NCBI GenBank assembly: GCA_044356325.1
Contig: JBIKWJ010000004.1
Location: 402 to 64,401, forward strand
Direction of reading: 5' to 3'
Source of the DNA: Minisyncoccia bacterium
GTDB lineage: Bacteria; Patescibacteriota; Minisyncoccia; SW-4-49-11
DNA length: 64,000 nucleotides
Under the pieces are notes generated by a model, which saw nothing but the letters and a program-made list of their open reading frames with translations, searched no databases and was not told where the DNA came from. Shown here piece after piece: positions 37,876 to 49,354 of this stretch; within the stretch, counting starts at the first letter, position 1; every line of letters begins with the position of its first letter. The translations under genes and the position numbers were made by a program.

Positions 37876-39375
37876 TTATTGTTTACAAGCCCCTGTTTGC
37901 TCATCAGCTAACATTTTAGCGCAGGTTTCTGCAAATGGATATGCTCTAGTTTTATCATTTTGTTGTTCACAACCCACAATACTTGCCCACTGACATCTAT
38001 AAGAGCTGTTCCTAAATGATTGACAGTCAGTAATTCCGTTCTTTTTCAAAGTAGCAGCAACTGCTGCATCTTGATATTGTGGAGCCATATTATAATACGC
38101 AAATGTACCCTCTTTGATAGTATAAGTACCTGGTTTAACTGTGGGGACGCCCGCTACGGCTGCCCAAGAAGCCCAAGTAGTTGACAACATCTGAAATCTA
38201 CCATAAGCATCACTGTTAAGTCCGGTAGTATTGTATAGATTAGGATTTTCTGCTCCTGGATGTATATTTTGAGATTGAGGATACATTTTTCCACCTACTA
38301 ATCTAAAATAGCCCGACCTATCAGAGGCTCCTTCATAAAAAGATATAGTTCGCATTACGGCAGATATATTATCATCTAAATTAGTTGCGTCTACACAAGC
38401 AACACTTAATGATCCAACATTACCACTACCTCCACCTGTGGTTGCCGCGCCTCCTCCATTTGAGCCATTATCATTAAAAGTGCTCGCAGTGTCACATTTT
38501 ACTTCGAATATTTTACCTGATTGAAAAGTGAATACTGCTGAGAAATTTTGTTCTTGGAAACCAAGCCCTACGAGGAGAAAACTAAATAAGAGAAAACTTG
38601 ACATTACGAGTAATAGACCAATTACCGCATTAGTAATAATGCTATATCCTGTACTTACCCCCCCAGGATTACCGGCTGAGGTAAGTATATATACTCCACC
38701 AATTACAATACTTAATACTGCCAGTGAAGCGAGTAGACCCAAAGCTAAATTAAAGATGTCTCGAATTAAGATAAATATATCACAAATAGTACAGTCTCTA
38801 CTGGTACCACATTTAACAAGTCCTGTTTCTGAATTGGTTGAGCTTCCATTAGTTGTTCCACCACCAGTATTGACTAGTCCAGGAGTATTAGAACCAGTTG
38901 AACCCCCAGAGGTACCGACTTGGTTGCCTCCTCCACCAGCATTAGATCCAGATGGTGAATTAGTGGTACCACCAATAGTTGCATTTTCTTTTATACATTT
39001 AAAGTTACTACATTTAAGACCTGCTACACATTCATTTCCATTCCCAGAACAAGACTGTCCTTCTGTTTTATTTCCTCTTGGGCTGGAACAAACTTGATTA
39101 ATACAAGCCAATCCATTTTGACAGGTATCTCCGGAGCAAGATGATCCTAAACTTCTACGACAAGTTAACCCTAATCCTAGATTATTTTTATCTTTAACTT
39201 GGCATTTTCCATTTAAACGAGAAATCCCATTTTGAAATGTACAATTTTGCTCTAATGCTGTTGCCCTAGCACTACAGGCTCCATCAGCTGTCTGAGCATA
39301 AGTAGATTTAATACTAAAAAATGAAGCTATTAAAAAGATTATACTAAAGACTATACCAAACTTTATATATTTCAT
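37876..39375 (-). CDS. Cys-rich / VirB2-like pilin / lambda-type lysozyme fusion protein
   Basis: Pilin core GGVYILTSAGNP......YSIITNAVIGL, followed by TISFYEG, GY...VGG, AYGRFQ.L..TW, P..QDAA and WASI.G. Confidence 0.75.
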   Translation of the reverse strand: MKYIKFGIVFSIIFLIASFFSIKSTYAQTADGACSARATALEQNCTFQNGISRLNGKCQVKDKNNLGLGLTCRRSLGSSCSGDTCQNGLACINQVCSSPRGNKTEGQSCSGNGNECVAGLKCSNFKCIKENATIGGTTNSPSGSNAGGGGNQVGTSGGSTGSNTPGLVNTGGGTTNGSSTNSETGLVKCGTSRDCTICDIFILIRDIFNLALGLLASLAVLSIVIGGVYILTSAGNPGGVSTGYSIITNAVIGLLLVMSSFLLFSFLLVGLGFQEQNFSAVFTFQSGKIFEVKCDTASTFNDNGSNGGGAATTGGGSGNVGSLSVACVDATNLDDNISAVMRTISFYEGASDRSGYFRLVGGKMYPQSQNIHPGAENPNLYNTTGLNSDAYGRFQMLSTTWASWAAVAGVPTVKPGTYTIKEGTFAYYNMAPQYQDAAVAATLKKNGITDCQSFRNSSYRCQWASIVGCEQQNDKTRAYPFAETCAKMLADEQTGACKQ

Positions 39376-40718
39376 CTTTTTACATTATCAGCTAATGTTT
39401 GTATTTCTGATTCAGCTTGACTAATAGCTTTGGTATAATCAAGTAATCCTGAGTTTACTGAATTAATAGACTCAATAAATATTTTATCTACTGAATTATT
39501 ATCTGGTTGTCTCCAAGTTTTGGCTTGTAAAATTTGTTTTACAAATACTCCATAATCACTATCCTGAGATTGAGTATCCACCAAATCTCTTCTGGCTGTT
39601 GGTCGCTTGGTTTTCAAGAAATACTCTTGAGCATTTTCCTTTTCAGTAGCTGATTTGAGGAATGCAAAAGATTCTTTAGGATATTTGGATTGACCGCTGA
39701 CTCCATATCCCCAATAATTTGCATAGTTAGCAAGTCCAGAATCTAGTGATACTTGAGGAAGAGGTGCTACCGCAAAATTAAGTCTTGGAGCTTTTGCTTT
39801 AATTGCTTCTATTTGATAAGAATATCCAAATATCATAGCTACTTCCCTCTCATAAAAAGCATCTATTGAATTATTGAGGGTTGAATTCCAACTATACACT
39901 GATTTTCGAGGATTAGCAAAATCAGTATAATAGGTTAAAGCTAATGTTCCTGGAGAGATATTTTGTCCATTGATATTTTTTCCTTGTGAGAATGTAATTC
40001 TACTAGAATCTTTGGGATCAGTAAATTGAGCACCTGTTTGTAACATTAATGACATTAATATATCAGGGGAACGATTTATATTATCCCCTGTTCCTAATGC
40101 AACTCCTGCTTGTGTAATATTCCCAAATTGGTCTATTTTAGTTAATTCCGGGACAATTTTTTGTAATTCTTCCCAAGTTGCTGGTGGATTTGCAATTCCG
40201 GCATCATTAAATGCATCTTTATTATATAATAATGCTAAAGTATCAGTGTATAGCGGAAATCCATATATTTTACCATCATCAATAAAATCTTGACCAACAA
40301 CATCCACAAAGCGATCTTTATAATCTTTTATGGTCATAATCTCTTCTGACATTGGAGCTAATTTATTCTTATGCTTACCAAGCCAAGTATGTTCTATAGC
40401 AAATATATCTGGCCCTCTCCCTTCAGCTAAAGCATTAATAAGTTCTGTCTCATAATCTTGAGGCTTAAATTTACGATATTCTATACTAACACTAGGATAT
40501 GTTTTACGAAAATCACCTCCTAATTTTGTCATTGTATCGGTTTCATCCCAAACACCCCATACTACCAAGTTTACTTTTGCTACTTGTTTCCTACCTCCAG
40601 CTTGGAACCCAAGAGCATTTCCTAACATCAAAATAACAACTGCCAATATAGCTACTCCAGCAATAATAATTAATTTACGATTTTTGGTAAATGAATCAAG
40701 AGAGTTATTCCCTGCCAT
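39372..40718 (-). CDS. Extracellular solute-binding protein (sugar ABC family 1-like)
   Basis: N-terminal anchor, GPDIF, IYGFPL..DTLAL.YNKD and PP.TW.E. Confidence 0.88.
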   Translation of the reverse strand: MAGNNSLDSFTKNRKLIIIAGVAILAVVILMLGNALGFQAGGRKQVAKVNLVVWGVWDETDTMTKLGGDFRKTYPSVSIEYRKFKPQDYETELINALAEGRGPDIFAIEHTWLGKHKNKLAPMSEEIMTIKDYKDRFVDVVGQDFIDDGKIYGFPLYTDTLALLYNKDAFNDAGIANPPATWEELQKIVPELTKIDQFGNITQAGVALGTGDNINRSPDILMSLMLQTGAQFTDPKDSSRITFSQGKNINGQNISPGTLALTYYTDFANPRKSVYSWNSTLNNSIDAFYEREVAMIFGYSYQIEAIKAKAPRLNFAVAPLPQVSLDSGLANYANYWGYGVSGQSKYPKESFAFLKSATEKENAQEYFLKTKRPTARRDLVDTQSQDSDYGVFVKQILQAKTWRQPDNNSVDKIFIESINSVNSGLLDYTKAISQAESEIQTLADNVKR

Positions 40719-40720
40719 AT

Positions 40721-41263
40721 TTATGATTTTTTAAATATATACCCATAATGATATTTACCTGCATCAATTTTATGATCAATTTCAAAACCATTATTTTGTA
40801 TCAGAGAAACTAATTCTCTCTCAGGAATTCTTGATGATTTGAGAGGTCCTATTGGGCTTGCTATATCCCATTCTATTATGACTAATTTTCCTTTTTCTTT
40901 TAATATTTTATGAGCTTCTTTGAGCAAATGTTTTTTATCATTTACTTGAAAAAGGATATTATGTATCATAACTCTATCTACTGATTCTTTTGGTAAAGTA
41001 GAGCCACTATCAGTCTCAAGATTGGTCAAAATAAGTTCAATATTGGTAATCCCTTGAATTTTATATTTACTCCTGAGAGATTGATGAGCTGATTCCATTA
41101 CATCAATTGCTAATACTTTCCCTGTTGGCTGAATAAATTGAGCAATAGCAATGGAAAAGTCTCCAGCCCCTGATCCAAAATCAGCAATTTTCATTCCAAT
41201 TTCTAAATCAAACTGCTTTACTATTTCACGAGGTGATAGAAATCGAGTAGTGGTTTCTAACAT
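40721..41263 (-). CDS. Class I SAM-dependent methyltransferase
   Basis: IADFGSGAG, AIDV, LK..GKL.IIEW and HYG. Confidence 0.85.
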   Translation of the reverse strand: MLETTTRFLSPREIVKQFDLEIGMKIADFGSGAGDFSIAIAQFIQPTGKVLAIDVMESAHQSLRSKYKIQGITNIELILTNLETDSGSTLPKESVDRVMIHNILFQVNDKKHLLKEAHKILKEKGKLVIIEWDIASPIGPLKSSRIPERELVSLIQNNGFEIDHKIDAGKYHYGYIFKKS

Positions 41264-41329
41264 AATGAGATTTTATTTTATAGCTGTATCTAGTATATAG
41301 TTATTCCTTTAAATCGTCAACTAATACTA

Positions 41330-43822
41330 TTATTCTATTCCTTCTTCTGGTTCATCTTCGGTGGTAACAGCGATTGAAGCAATAGTATCATCTTTATTAA
41401 GTCTCATAATTTTTACCCCTTGAGTATCCCGGGATAATGTCGGAATATCTTTTTGAATATTAAGCTTAATAATATTCCCCCCAAGAGAAATAGCAATTAA
41501 CTCTTTGCTATCTGGGGTAACTACTTGAGCTCCCATAACAAGACCAGTTTTAGTGGTAATTTTAGAAACCTTTACTCCTCCCCCACCTCGTCTTTGTACT
41601 TTATAATGACTTAATTTACTTTTTTTACCATATCCTTGTGCTGTTGCAATCACAAGCCATCCTTGCTCATCTCCAGAACGAATTGTTTGCATAGATAATA
41701 TCGTATCATCAGGCTTTAAGGTGATTGCTTTTACTCCAGAGGCTGTTCTTCCCATTGGCCTTAATTCTTCTTGAGAAAATCGTATTGCTTTTCCTTGTGC
41801 AGTAAACAAAATAACATCATCATCGGTATGAGTAATAGTTGCTTGTATCAGAGTATCTTTATCTTTGAGATTAATGGCAATAATTCCACCTTTTCGAACA
41901 TTAGCATATACTGACATTGCACTCTTTTTGATAACACCTAATCTGGTGACAATAGAGACAAAGCTATCTGAGGCATCTTCTGTTGGTAGAATGGATTGAA
42001 TTTGCTCATCTTTAGTAAGTTCCAAGAAATTAACTATAGATTGACCTTTGGCAATACGAGATCCTTGAGGAATTTCATAAGCTTTTAATTTTAATACTCT
42101 TCCATTATTAGTAAAGAATAATAATTTCGCATGAGTAATAGTATGAAGGAAAATTGATACAGAGTCATCTTCTCGTGTCTTAACTCCAGAAATTCCCACT
42201 CCACCTCGTCTTTGGGAACGATATTCTTTAGGGTCTACTCGCTTAATATATCCATCTTTGGTCAAAATAATAATAGTATCTTCATTGGGAATAAAATCTG
42301 TCTCTCTAAAATCTCCCAATTCTTCTTGGAATACTCGAGTTTTTCGCTCATCGCCATATTGCTCGGATACTTGCTTCAAATCATCTTTGATAATCTGATA
42401 AATTCTCTCTTCTGAGCCTAAAATTGACTCCAATTCTTTAATAAGAATTAATAATTCTGCTAATTCATCAAGAATTTTTTGTCGCTCTAATCCAGCAAGA
42501 GTTTGTAATCTCATATCAAGAATAGCCTGTACTTGTAAGGTACTGAATTCAAAACGTTTAATCAAATTAACCTTGGCAAGTTCTTTGCTCTCAGATCCTC
42601 GAATAATAGTAATAACTTCATCAATAAAGTCAAGAGCTTTTTTGAGTCCTTCCAAAATATGTGCTCGGTCTTTAGCCTGTTGTAATTCGAATTCAGTTTT
42701 TCTTGTTACGACTTCTTTGCGATGAATAATATAATATTGTAAAGCTTGTTTTAATGACAAAGTTTTTGGTTCAATACCATCACAAAGAGCCAACATATTC
42801 ACATGATAGGTTTTTTGTAAATCTGTTAATTTATATAATTTGTTGAGTACTTTTTGGGGATAAGCATCAGATTTGAGCTCAATTACTACTCTTACTCCAT
42901 CTCTATCAGATTCATCTCGAATATCTTTGATTCCATCAAGTTTTTTATCTCTGACCATATTAGCCATTTTCTCAATCAAGGTAGATTTATTGGTCTGATA
43001 TGTCATTTCGGATACAATAATATCAAAAGCATTTCCTTTTTTGGTTCTCTCTACAATTTCAGCTTTAGCTCGAGTAACCAGAGGCCCTCGCCCAGTAGCA
43101 TATACTTGCCGAATATTTTCAATATTATATAATTCACCTCCAGTTGGAAAATCTGGTCCCTTAACAAAATGCAATAATTCTTCAATAGTAATTTCTGGAT
43201 TTTCTATCAAAGCAATAGTTGCTCCTACAATTTCCTTCAAATTATGGGGAGGGATATTAGTTGCCATACCTACCGCAATTCCTGTTCCTCCATTAATAAG
43301 AAGATTAGGGACTCTAGCCGGTAATACGGTTGGCTCTTCTAGACTTCCATCATAATTGGGGATAAAATTAACCGTTTTTTTATCAATATCGACAAGCATT
43401 TCCCGAGCAATTTTGTCCATTTTAGCCTCAGTATATCGCATAGCAGCAGCTGAATCACCATCCATAGAACCAAAGTTTCCCTGTCCTTTTACTAAGGTAT
43501 ATCTCAAAGAGAAATCTTGTGCCATACGCACCAAAGAGTCATATACTGCAGTATCTCCATGGGGATGGTATTTTCCAAGCACTTCTCCAACTATGGTAGC
43601 AGATTTACGGAATTTTGCTTCTGGACGCAGACCAAGTTCATGCATAGCATACAAAATTCTTCTATGAACTGGTTTTAATCCATCTCTTACATCAGGAAGA
43701 GCTCTATCCACAATTACGCTCATTGAATAATCAATATAGGCTCGCTCCATCTCAGCTACAATATCAGTAAGCTCAATAGTTCCTATATTCTCAATTGTTG
43801 AAATTTTGGTATCGTCTGCCAT
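41330..43822 (-). CDS. gyrA: DNA gyrase subunit A
   Basis: [29 protein letters not shown] and the GyrA-box QRRGGVG. Confidence 0.98.
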   Translation of the reverse strand: MADDTKISTIENIGTIELTDIVAEMERAYIDYSMSVIVDRALPDVRDGLKPVHRRILYAMHELGLRPEAKFRKSATIVGEVLGKYHPHGDTAVYDSLVRMAQDFSLRYTLVKGQGNFGSMDGDSAAAMRYTEAKMDKIAREMLVDIDKKTVNFIPNYDGSLEEPTVLPARVPNLLINGGTGIAVGMATNIPPHNLKEIVGATIALIENPEITIEELLHFVKGPDFPTGGELYNIENIRQVYATGRGPLVTRAKAEIVERTKKGNAFDIIVSEMTYQTNKSTLIEKMANMVRDKKLDGIKDIRDESDRDGVRVVIELKSDAYPQKVLNKLYKLTDLQKTYHVNMLALCDGIEPKTLSLKQALQYYIIHRKEVVTRKTEFELQQAKDRAHILEGLKKALDFIDEVITIIRGSESKELAKVNLIKRFEFSTLQVQAILDMRLQTLAGLERQKILDELAELLILIKELESILGSEERIYQIIKDDLKQVSEQYGDERKTRVFQEELGDFRETDFIPNEDTIIILTKDGYIKRVDPKEYRSQRRGGVGISGVKTREDDSVSIFLHTITHAKLLFFTNNGRVLKLKAYEIPQGSRIAKGQSIVNFLELTKDEQIQSILPTEDASDSFVSIVTRLGVIKKSAMSVYANVRKGGIIAINLKDKDTLIQATITHTDDDVILFTAQGKAIRFSQEELRPMGRTASGVKAITLKPDDTILSMQTIRSGDEQGWLVIATAQGYGKKSKLSHYKVQRRGGGGVKVSKITTKTGLVMGAQVVTPDSKELIAISLGGNIIKLNIQKDIPTLSRDTQGVKIMRLNKDDTIASIAVTTEDEPEEGIE

Positions 43823-43827
43823 AGTCT

Positions 43828-44418
43828 TTAAGATTTAATCTGCTGTATAAGGGGTTTGATTTCGACAGTATCGAATGGAAGCTCTGATTTTTTGATACTA
43901 AAATCATCTTGAGGCTCTTGTTTGACACCATATTCACTCACTAATCCTTGTAATTGGGAATCTTGAGTATATACTGGAATTACAATACGAGGCTCAATAG
44001 CATTAATAAGATGTAAAGATTTCTCAGACCCAAATGATTCACTTAATGATAATACGAGAATATCTGGACTTCCTATGAATTCCAAGTCTTCTGTAGTTAA
44101 TTCTTTTGTAATACCAAATACGATTGCAACTAATATATTTTCCACCGAAAGAGAAATAAGATTAATTTTATCTTCATCTTCAATTTGCCGAATTGCATTG
44201 GCTCGAACAGTAACTCCTTGATAAGAATATTCTCCAGCCCCATTAATATGAAATCCCTTCATATCTGATATTTTGATAGGTTTGGTAGAAATAAGTAAAT
44301 CATTTTCTTTTTGAGGAATAATAAATTTAGCTTCCTCAGCCTCAACAGGATTGATAATCACGCGATAATCTTTTCCTTTTATTGTAATTGTCGTATTATT
44401 TTGCCATTGAATCTGCAT
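43828..44418 (-). CDS. MBL-fold (Lactamase_B_3-like) protein, metal ligands apparently lost
   Basis: [15 protein letters not shown] and I..IEPRIVIP, with no HxHxDH motif. Confidence 0.6.
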   Translation of the reverse strand: MQIQWQNNTTITIKGKDYRVIINPVEAEEAKFIIPQKENDLLISTKPIKISDMKGFHINGAGEYSYQGVTVRANAIRQIEDEDKINLISLSVENILVAIVFGITKELTTEDLEFIGSPDILVLSLSESFGSEKSLHLINAIEPRIVIPVYTQDSQLQGLVSEYGVKQEPQDDFSIKKSELPFDTVEIKPLIQQIKS

Positions 44419-44424
44419 ATCTGA

Positions 44425-45912
44425 TTATTTATTCTGAGTAATAGTATCGTGAAGAATTTGTCTTGCAATTTGTGGATTAGCACTACCCTTGGAATAGCGC
44501 ATAACCTGCCCTATTAAGAATTGTAGCACATTTTCATTCCCATTCTGATAGTCAAGTACTACTTTTGGGTTCTCTGTAATGACTTGATCTACAATTCCCT
44601 GCAAAGCATTCGTATCATTGACCTGCTTTAATCCCTGTGATTCTACAATATCACTAGGATCTGAACCTGTCTCAATCATTTGCAATAATAGAGTCTGAGC
44701 TCCTGTGGATGATACTTCTCCACTAAATACAATTTTGATAAATTCAGCATAATTCTCGGGACTAATCGGAGAATTATCAAAAGACAGTCCCTTTTCAGAA
44801 TAATGTTTAATAAGCTCAGTCAGAATATAATTAGCGGACAATTTGATTAATTTAGTAGTCTCCTCAGGGGTGAATTCTTTATTATCTGCTTTTATCCAAG
44901 CTTTTAATTCGGATATTGTTTGTTCAAAATAATCAGCTAAAGCTTTATTTCGTACCAAAATCTCAACCTGCTGTATAGCTAATTGATATTCATCAAGGAA
45001 TCGCTTTCTCTTTGCAATAGGAAGCTCCGCGGTAATAGAGGCGGCATCAGCCACAATAGCAGATGTCTCAAAAGGTGGAATATCAGGTTCTACAAAATAC
45101 CGATAATCATGAGCATTTTCTTTTTTACGCTGACTAAAAGTAATAGATTTCGCATCATCCCAACCTCTCGTTTCCTGCACTACCGATCCCCCTTGTGTTA
45201 TAACTTCAGTTTGGCGAATAATTTCATATTCAATAGCCTGTTCTACTACACGAAATGAATTCAAATTCTTAATTTCTACTTTAGTACCAAAAGCTTCTGT
45301 ACCCTTTTCTCGAAGAGAAATATTTACCTCACAACGCATTTGTCCTTTATCCATATCTCCATCGGATATATCAAGATAACGTAATATTAATTGTAATTCT
45401 TCACAAAATATTTTTGCTTCTTCGGCATTGCGAATATCAGGCTCAGTCACAAGCTCCATCAGAGGAAGTCCTGCCCTATTGTAATCTACAACAGTTTTAC
45501 CATTAATATGAGATAATTTACCCGTATCTTCCTCCATATGAATTCGAGTAATACGAATATATTTTGGTCCCTTAGAGGTTAATATTTCAATATTTCCCTC
45601 ATAACAAAGAGGCCTTTCATATTGGGTAATTTGATACCCTTTTGGCAAATCTGGGTAAAAATAACTTTTACGTTCAAACCAAGTATAATCGGAAATTTGA
45701 CAATTCAAAGCTTGTCCAAATCGAGTTATTTTGACCAAAGCCTCACGATTAGGTACTGGTAATGTCCCAGGATGCCCAGTACAAATAGGACAAATATTGA
45801 TATTAGGCTGATCTTCGAGCCCCTTCCCATTTATACAGGAACAGAACATTTTAGAATTTGTTTTTGACTCGACATGCACTTCCATCCCGATCACTGCTTC
45901 GTATTCTCTCAT
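44425..45912 (-). CDS. gatB: Asp/Glu-tRNA amidotransferase subunit B
   Basis: VIGMEVHV, RK.YFYPDLPKGYQI, DYNRAG.PL.E.VTEP and EIKNLNS. Confidence 0.97.
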   Translation of the reverse strand: MREYEAVIGMEVHVESKTNSKMFCSCINGKGLEDQPNINICPICTGHPGTLPVPNREALVKITRFGQALNCQISDYTWFERKSYFYPDLPKGYQITQYERPLCYEGNIEILTSKGPKYIRITRIHMEEDTGKLSHINGKTVVDYNRAGLPLMELVTEPDIRNAEEAKIFCEELQLILRYLDISDGDMDKGQMRCEVNISLREKGTEAFGTKVEIKNLNSFRVVEQAIEYEIIRQTEVITQGGSVVQETRGWDDAKSITFSQRKKENAHDYRYFVEPDIPPFETSAIVADAASITAELPIAKRKRFLDEYQLAIQQVEILVRNKALADYFEQTISELKAWIKADNKEFTPEETTKLIKLSANYILTELIKHYSEKGLSFDNSPISPENYAEFIKIVFSGEVSSTGAQTLLLQMIETGSDPSDIVESQGLKQVNDTNALQGIVDQVITENPKVVLDYQNGNENVLQFLIGQVMRYSKGSANPQIARQILHDTITQNK

Positions 45913-45990
45913 ATAAACACTGTATAGGTATTATTTTATACCTTATTATACCATATATTCTATAATATTGCTAGATAGAGGAGAAGCCTT

Positions 45991-47046
45991 TTACTTTGAT
46001 TTATTCTTTAGAAAATCCCATACCTCATTTGCCATCTCTATATCAGCATTCTGATTACCGACTAATTTCAAATATAGAAAACCATATCTTTCAGCAATAC
46101 TCGGCTCTATATGCCCACCTCCAATAATCTTATATAAGGCTACCTCGGTGTTATTCCCACCATTTCGATATATATATTTTTCAGCAGTACTTTTATCTTT
46201 TTTATTAATATCAGGGAAATTAGTAATTATTGGTGTTTGAGTAGTTTGATTCCTTATCACCCAATAATTAATTGTTTCTTCTATTGAGAACCCTTCTCCT
46301 GTATTATTGCTTCCCTTTCCTCCATTATATGAAACAAAAGGATCTTCTGTCCCATTCATAAATAATGCGGATACTTTGTCTGTTGAATTTACACATTTAG
46401 AGTTTTTAGTATTACTTGCTACGATGGCTGCAAATGCTGTGATTCTATTTGGAATTTCTTGAGCCAGCCGAATGGAAAAATGACCACCATTTGAAGTTCC
46501 TACAGCATATACTTTTGAACTATTGGCTTTATACGTATTGATTACAAAATCTAATAAATTATTTGTTAATAACACATCATCAGATATAGGAGTTCTTGCT
46601 GAATCTGTCCTACAGTCATTCCAACCTCTTGTATTCTCAGGCCCCATAATTCCATTTGGAACTATTAATATAAGATTTTCTCGCTCAGCAATATCTAGCC
46701 AAAGCTGATGTGGTGATTTACCTCCATTTGCTAATCCAATCATATCATCAAAACTACCTCCATTCCCATGAAAAAGCATTACTATAGGTGCATTGATTGG
46801 ATTATTAGGGATAAATAGATGATAATTTCTATCTATTCCAGATATATTAATAACTTGATTTTTTAATAATCCCTTCTCTGTTATAGAATTACTATTTTCT
46901 TTTACATCTACTTCTTTTGGTACGACACTATCTTCAGTATCTATTTTTTCAATATTTCCTACTCTCAACAATACAATACATCCCAAAATCAAGATAATTA
47001 TTATCCCTATTTTGAATATTCCTATTTGTCTTCGAAACCAATTCAT
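45991..47046 (-). CDS. Secreted alpha/beta-hydrolase (LpqC/PHB depolymerase-like esterase)
   Basis: N-terminal TM, FHGNGG, nucleophile GTSNGG, GTEDP and GGGH. Confidence 0.85.
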   Translation of the reverse strand: MNWFRRQIGIFKIGIIIILILGCIVLLRVGNIEKIDTEDSVVPKEVDVKENSNSITEKGLLKNQVINISGIDRNYHLFIPNNPINAPIVMLFHGNGGSFDDMIGLANGGKSPHQLWLDIAERENLILIVPNGIMGPENTRGWNDCRTDSARTPISDDVLLTNNLLDFVINTYKANSSKVYAVGTSNGGHFSIRLAQEIPNRITAFAAIVASNTKNSKCVNSTDKVSALFMNGTEDPFVSYNGGKGSNNTGEGFSIEETINYWVIRNQTTQTPIITNFPDINKKDKSTAEKYIYRNGGNNTEVALYKIIGGGHIEPSIAERYGFLYLKLVGNQNADIEMANEVWDFLKNKSK

Positions 47047-47104
47047 ATTATATTTATAATAGTATAGTATATATGTAACCCCTCCAAAAGTTGTGGGTAA
47101 GTTT

Positions 47105-48715
47105 TTACTTCTCTATGCGTGGGAAAATGTGAATATTCTCGCCCGCAAGAAGTCTTTTCATTAATATTGCAGTTGATGGCATTATTGGCTCAATTGCCTC
47201 TATGATTGTATCAAGAGATCTAAGCCAAATCCGTATAAGAGCATTCAATTCTTCAACCTCTCCCTCTTTATATAATTCCCAGGGTTTTTGGGATTCTATT
47301 TCTTGACCAATAGCAGTTACCATTTGAAAAATATATTCTATAGCTGCCCAAATATCATAAGCAGCCATAGAGTCGCGATAATTAGATTTAAGAATATCTA
47401 ATCTGGGATTATATCCTTCACCTTGATTCTTAGCCAATCGTTCTGAAGTTTCATCTATGTCGTCGTTCGGATCTATCCAATCAATACGATAACTTTGAGG
47501 TTGAGGAATTTCTGATTTTTTATACTCTTGATTTGAATCTGAGAGATCTATACCATATTTCTTTGCCATTCCAATTACACGGCTAAAGGTATTACCAAAT
47601 TTATTAACAAGTTCTGACTCATAAATTCCAATAATTTTCTCCTTGGTAATATCTCCATCATTACCAATTCGCATTTCTCGTAAGATAACATAGCGGAGTA
47701 TATCATTGCCAAGACCATCCGTTATCTCATCAAAATACGTAATAATATCTTGAGGTACTATAACATTACCAATACTTTTACTCATTTTACGCCCATCAGA
47801 GAGGAAAAATCCTGTGATGAGAATAGTCTTCGGCAAATTCTCTTCTGGTACTCCGAGGGCCAAAAGAAAGGCTGGCCAATATACTGCATGAAATTTCAGA
47901 ATATCCTTACCCATTACTTGCAAATCTGGTGGCCAAATATCTCCAATTTTAGCTAAAATCTCTCCTATAGATAAATCTTTAATATCTATATTTTGACTCG
48001 CCAATATTCCGGACATATAATTAAATAAAGCATCAATCCAAACATATAATGTTTGACTAGTATCAAATGGTACTGGTATACCCCAGCTTACTTTTTCTCG
48101 GGTTACCGAAAAATCTCCCACTTCTGGATTTTTCAAGAGCTCAATTGCCTCATTACGGCGAGATTCTGGTACAATATTAATCTTACCGTCCTCTATAAGC
48201 TGTAAAACTTTATCCTTATATTTATTTAATCGAAAAAAGTAATTCTTTTCTAATATAATTTGGGGTTTTTCATCATGATCAGGGCATAATCCTCCCACTC
48301 TCAATTCAGATTGAGTGACAAAAGACTCCGCTCCTACACAATATAAAGCCTCATATTCTTGTGGGTATATATCATCACTTTCTAATAATTTTTGAATAAC
48401 AACTTGACATAAAGCTTTATGAGTCGGATTAGTAGTACGAATAAAATAATCATAGCTAATATCCAAATCTTTCCAAACTCCTTCCCAAATAGCAGATAAT
48501 TTATCTGTATATTCCTGAGGTGATAAATTGTCTTTTTGGGCTGCATCAGCTACTTTTTGCCCATGCTCATCGGTACCCGTCAAAAAGAAAGCTCCCGATC
48601 CAAACTTACGATTATAGCGTGCCAATACATCAGCAATGGTCGTTGCATAATAATGCCCTAGATGAGGCTCCCCATTCAAGTAATAAATAGGAGTTGTGAC
48701 AAAGAATTTTTTCAT
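47105..48715 (-). CDS. metG: Methionine--tRNA ligase
   Basis: TTPIYY.N..PHLGH, TGTDEHG.K, YVW.DAL.NY, GKDI..FH and KMSKS. Confidence 0.96.
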   Translation of the reverse strand: MKKFFVTTPIYYLNGEPHLGHYYATTIADVLARYNRKFGSGAFFLTGTDEHGQKVADAAQKDNLSPQEYTDKLSAIWEGVWKDLDISYDYFIRTTNPTHKALCQVVIQKLLESDDIYPQEYEALYCVGAESFVTQSELRVGGLCPDHDEKPQIILEKNYFFRLNKYKDKVLQLIEDGKINIVPESRRNEAIELLKNPEVGDFSVTREKVSWGIPVPFDTSQTLYVWIDALFNYMSGILASQNIDIKDLSIGEILAKIGDIWPPDLQVMGKDILKFHAVYWPAFLLALGVPEENLPKTILITGFFLSDGRKMSKSIGNVIVPQDIITYFDEITDGLGNDILRYVILREMRIGNDGDITKEKIIGIYESELVNKFGNTFSRVIGMAKKYGIDLSDSNQEYKKSEIPQPQSYRIDWIDPNDDIDETSERLAKNQGEGYNPRLDILKSNYRDSMAAYDIWAAIEYIFQMVTAIGQEIESQKPWELYKEGEVEELNALIRIWLRSLDTIIEAIEPIMPSTAILMKRLLAGENIHIFPRIEK

Positions 48716-48766
48716 ATACTTATTTGCTATTAGATTGATATCATTTCTTCACCTAATACGTATAAA

Positions 48767-49222
48767 TTACTTAATCTCCAAAATCACATATTTCTGCACA
48801 CCAGATGGAGTCTCAACTTCCACCTCTTCTCCAACACTACGATGCATAAAAGCTTGTCCAAGAGGAGATTCATCTGAAATTTTTCTCTCAGCAGGATTAG
48901 CTTCAGTTGGACCTACAATTAAAAATTCTCTTTCCCCAACACCATTAGCAACTTTAATTTGAGACCCTAAAGATACAAATTGAGAGTTGGTAGGAGATTC
49001 AATTACTTCAGCATTACGAATTAAATCTTCTAATTCTAAAATTTTAGATTCATTAAAAGCCATATCATTTTTTGCTTCATGATATTCGGAGTTTTCTTTC
49101 AAATCTCCTTGCTCCTTTGCAAACTTAATTTTCTCAACAATATCCTTGCGTCGAATCAAAAGAGCCTCAAGTTCTACTTGCGCCTTTTCTAACCCTGACT
49201 TAGTCATATGATACTTCTTCAT
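48767..49222 (-). CDS. greA: Transcription elongation factor GreA
   Basis: GDLKENSEYH.AK and IS..SPLG.A. Confidence 0.96.
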   Translation of the reverse strand: MKKYHMTKSGLEKAQVELEALLIRRKDIVEKIKFAKEQGDLKENSEYHEAKNDMAFNESKILELEDLIRNAEVIESPTNSQFVSLGSQIKVANGVGEREFLIVGPTEANPAERKISDESPLGQAFMHRSVGEEVEVETPSGVQKYVILEIK

Positions 49223-49354
49223 ATATTATGTAATTATATAGTATTAACGAATTGAAGGACGTATATATTTATATATATCTTTTATATATTCACTTTTTAT
49301 TATAAATATCCTATTGTATATTCACTTTTACTGTTAATGGAGTATACTATATGT

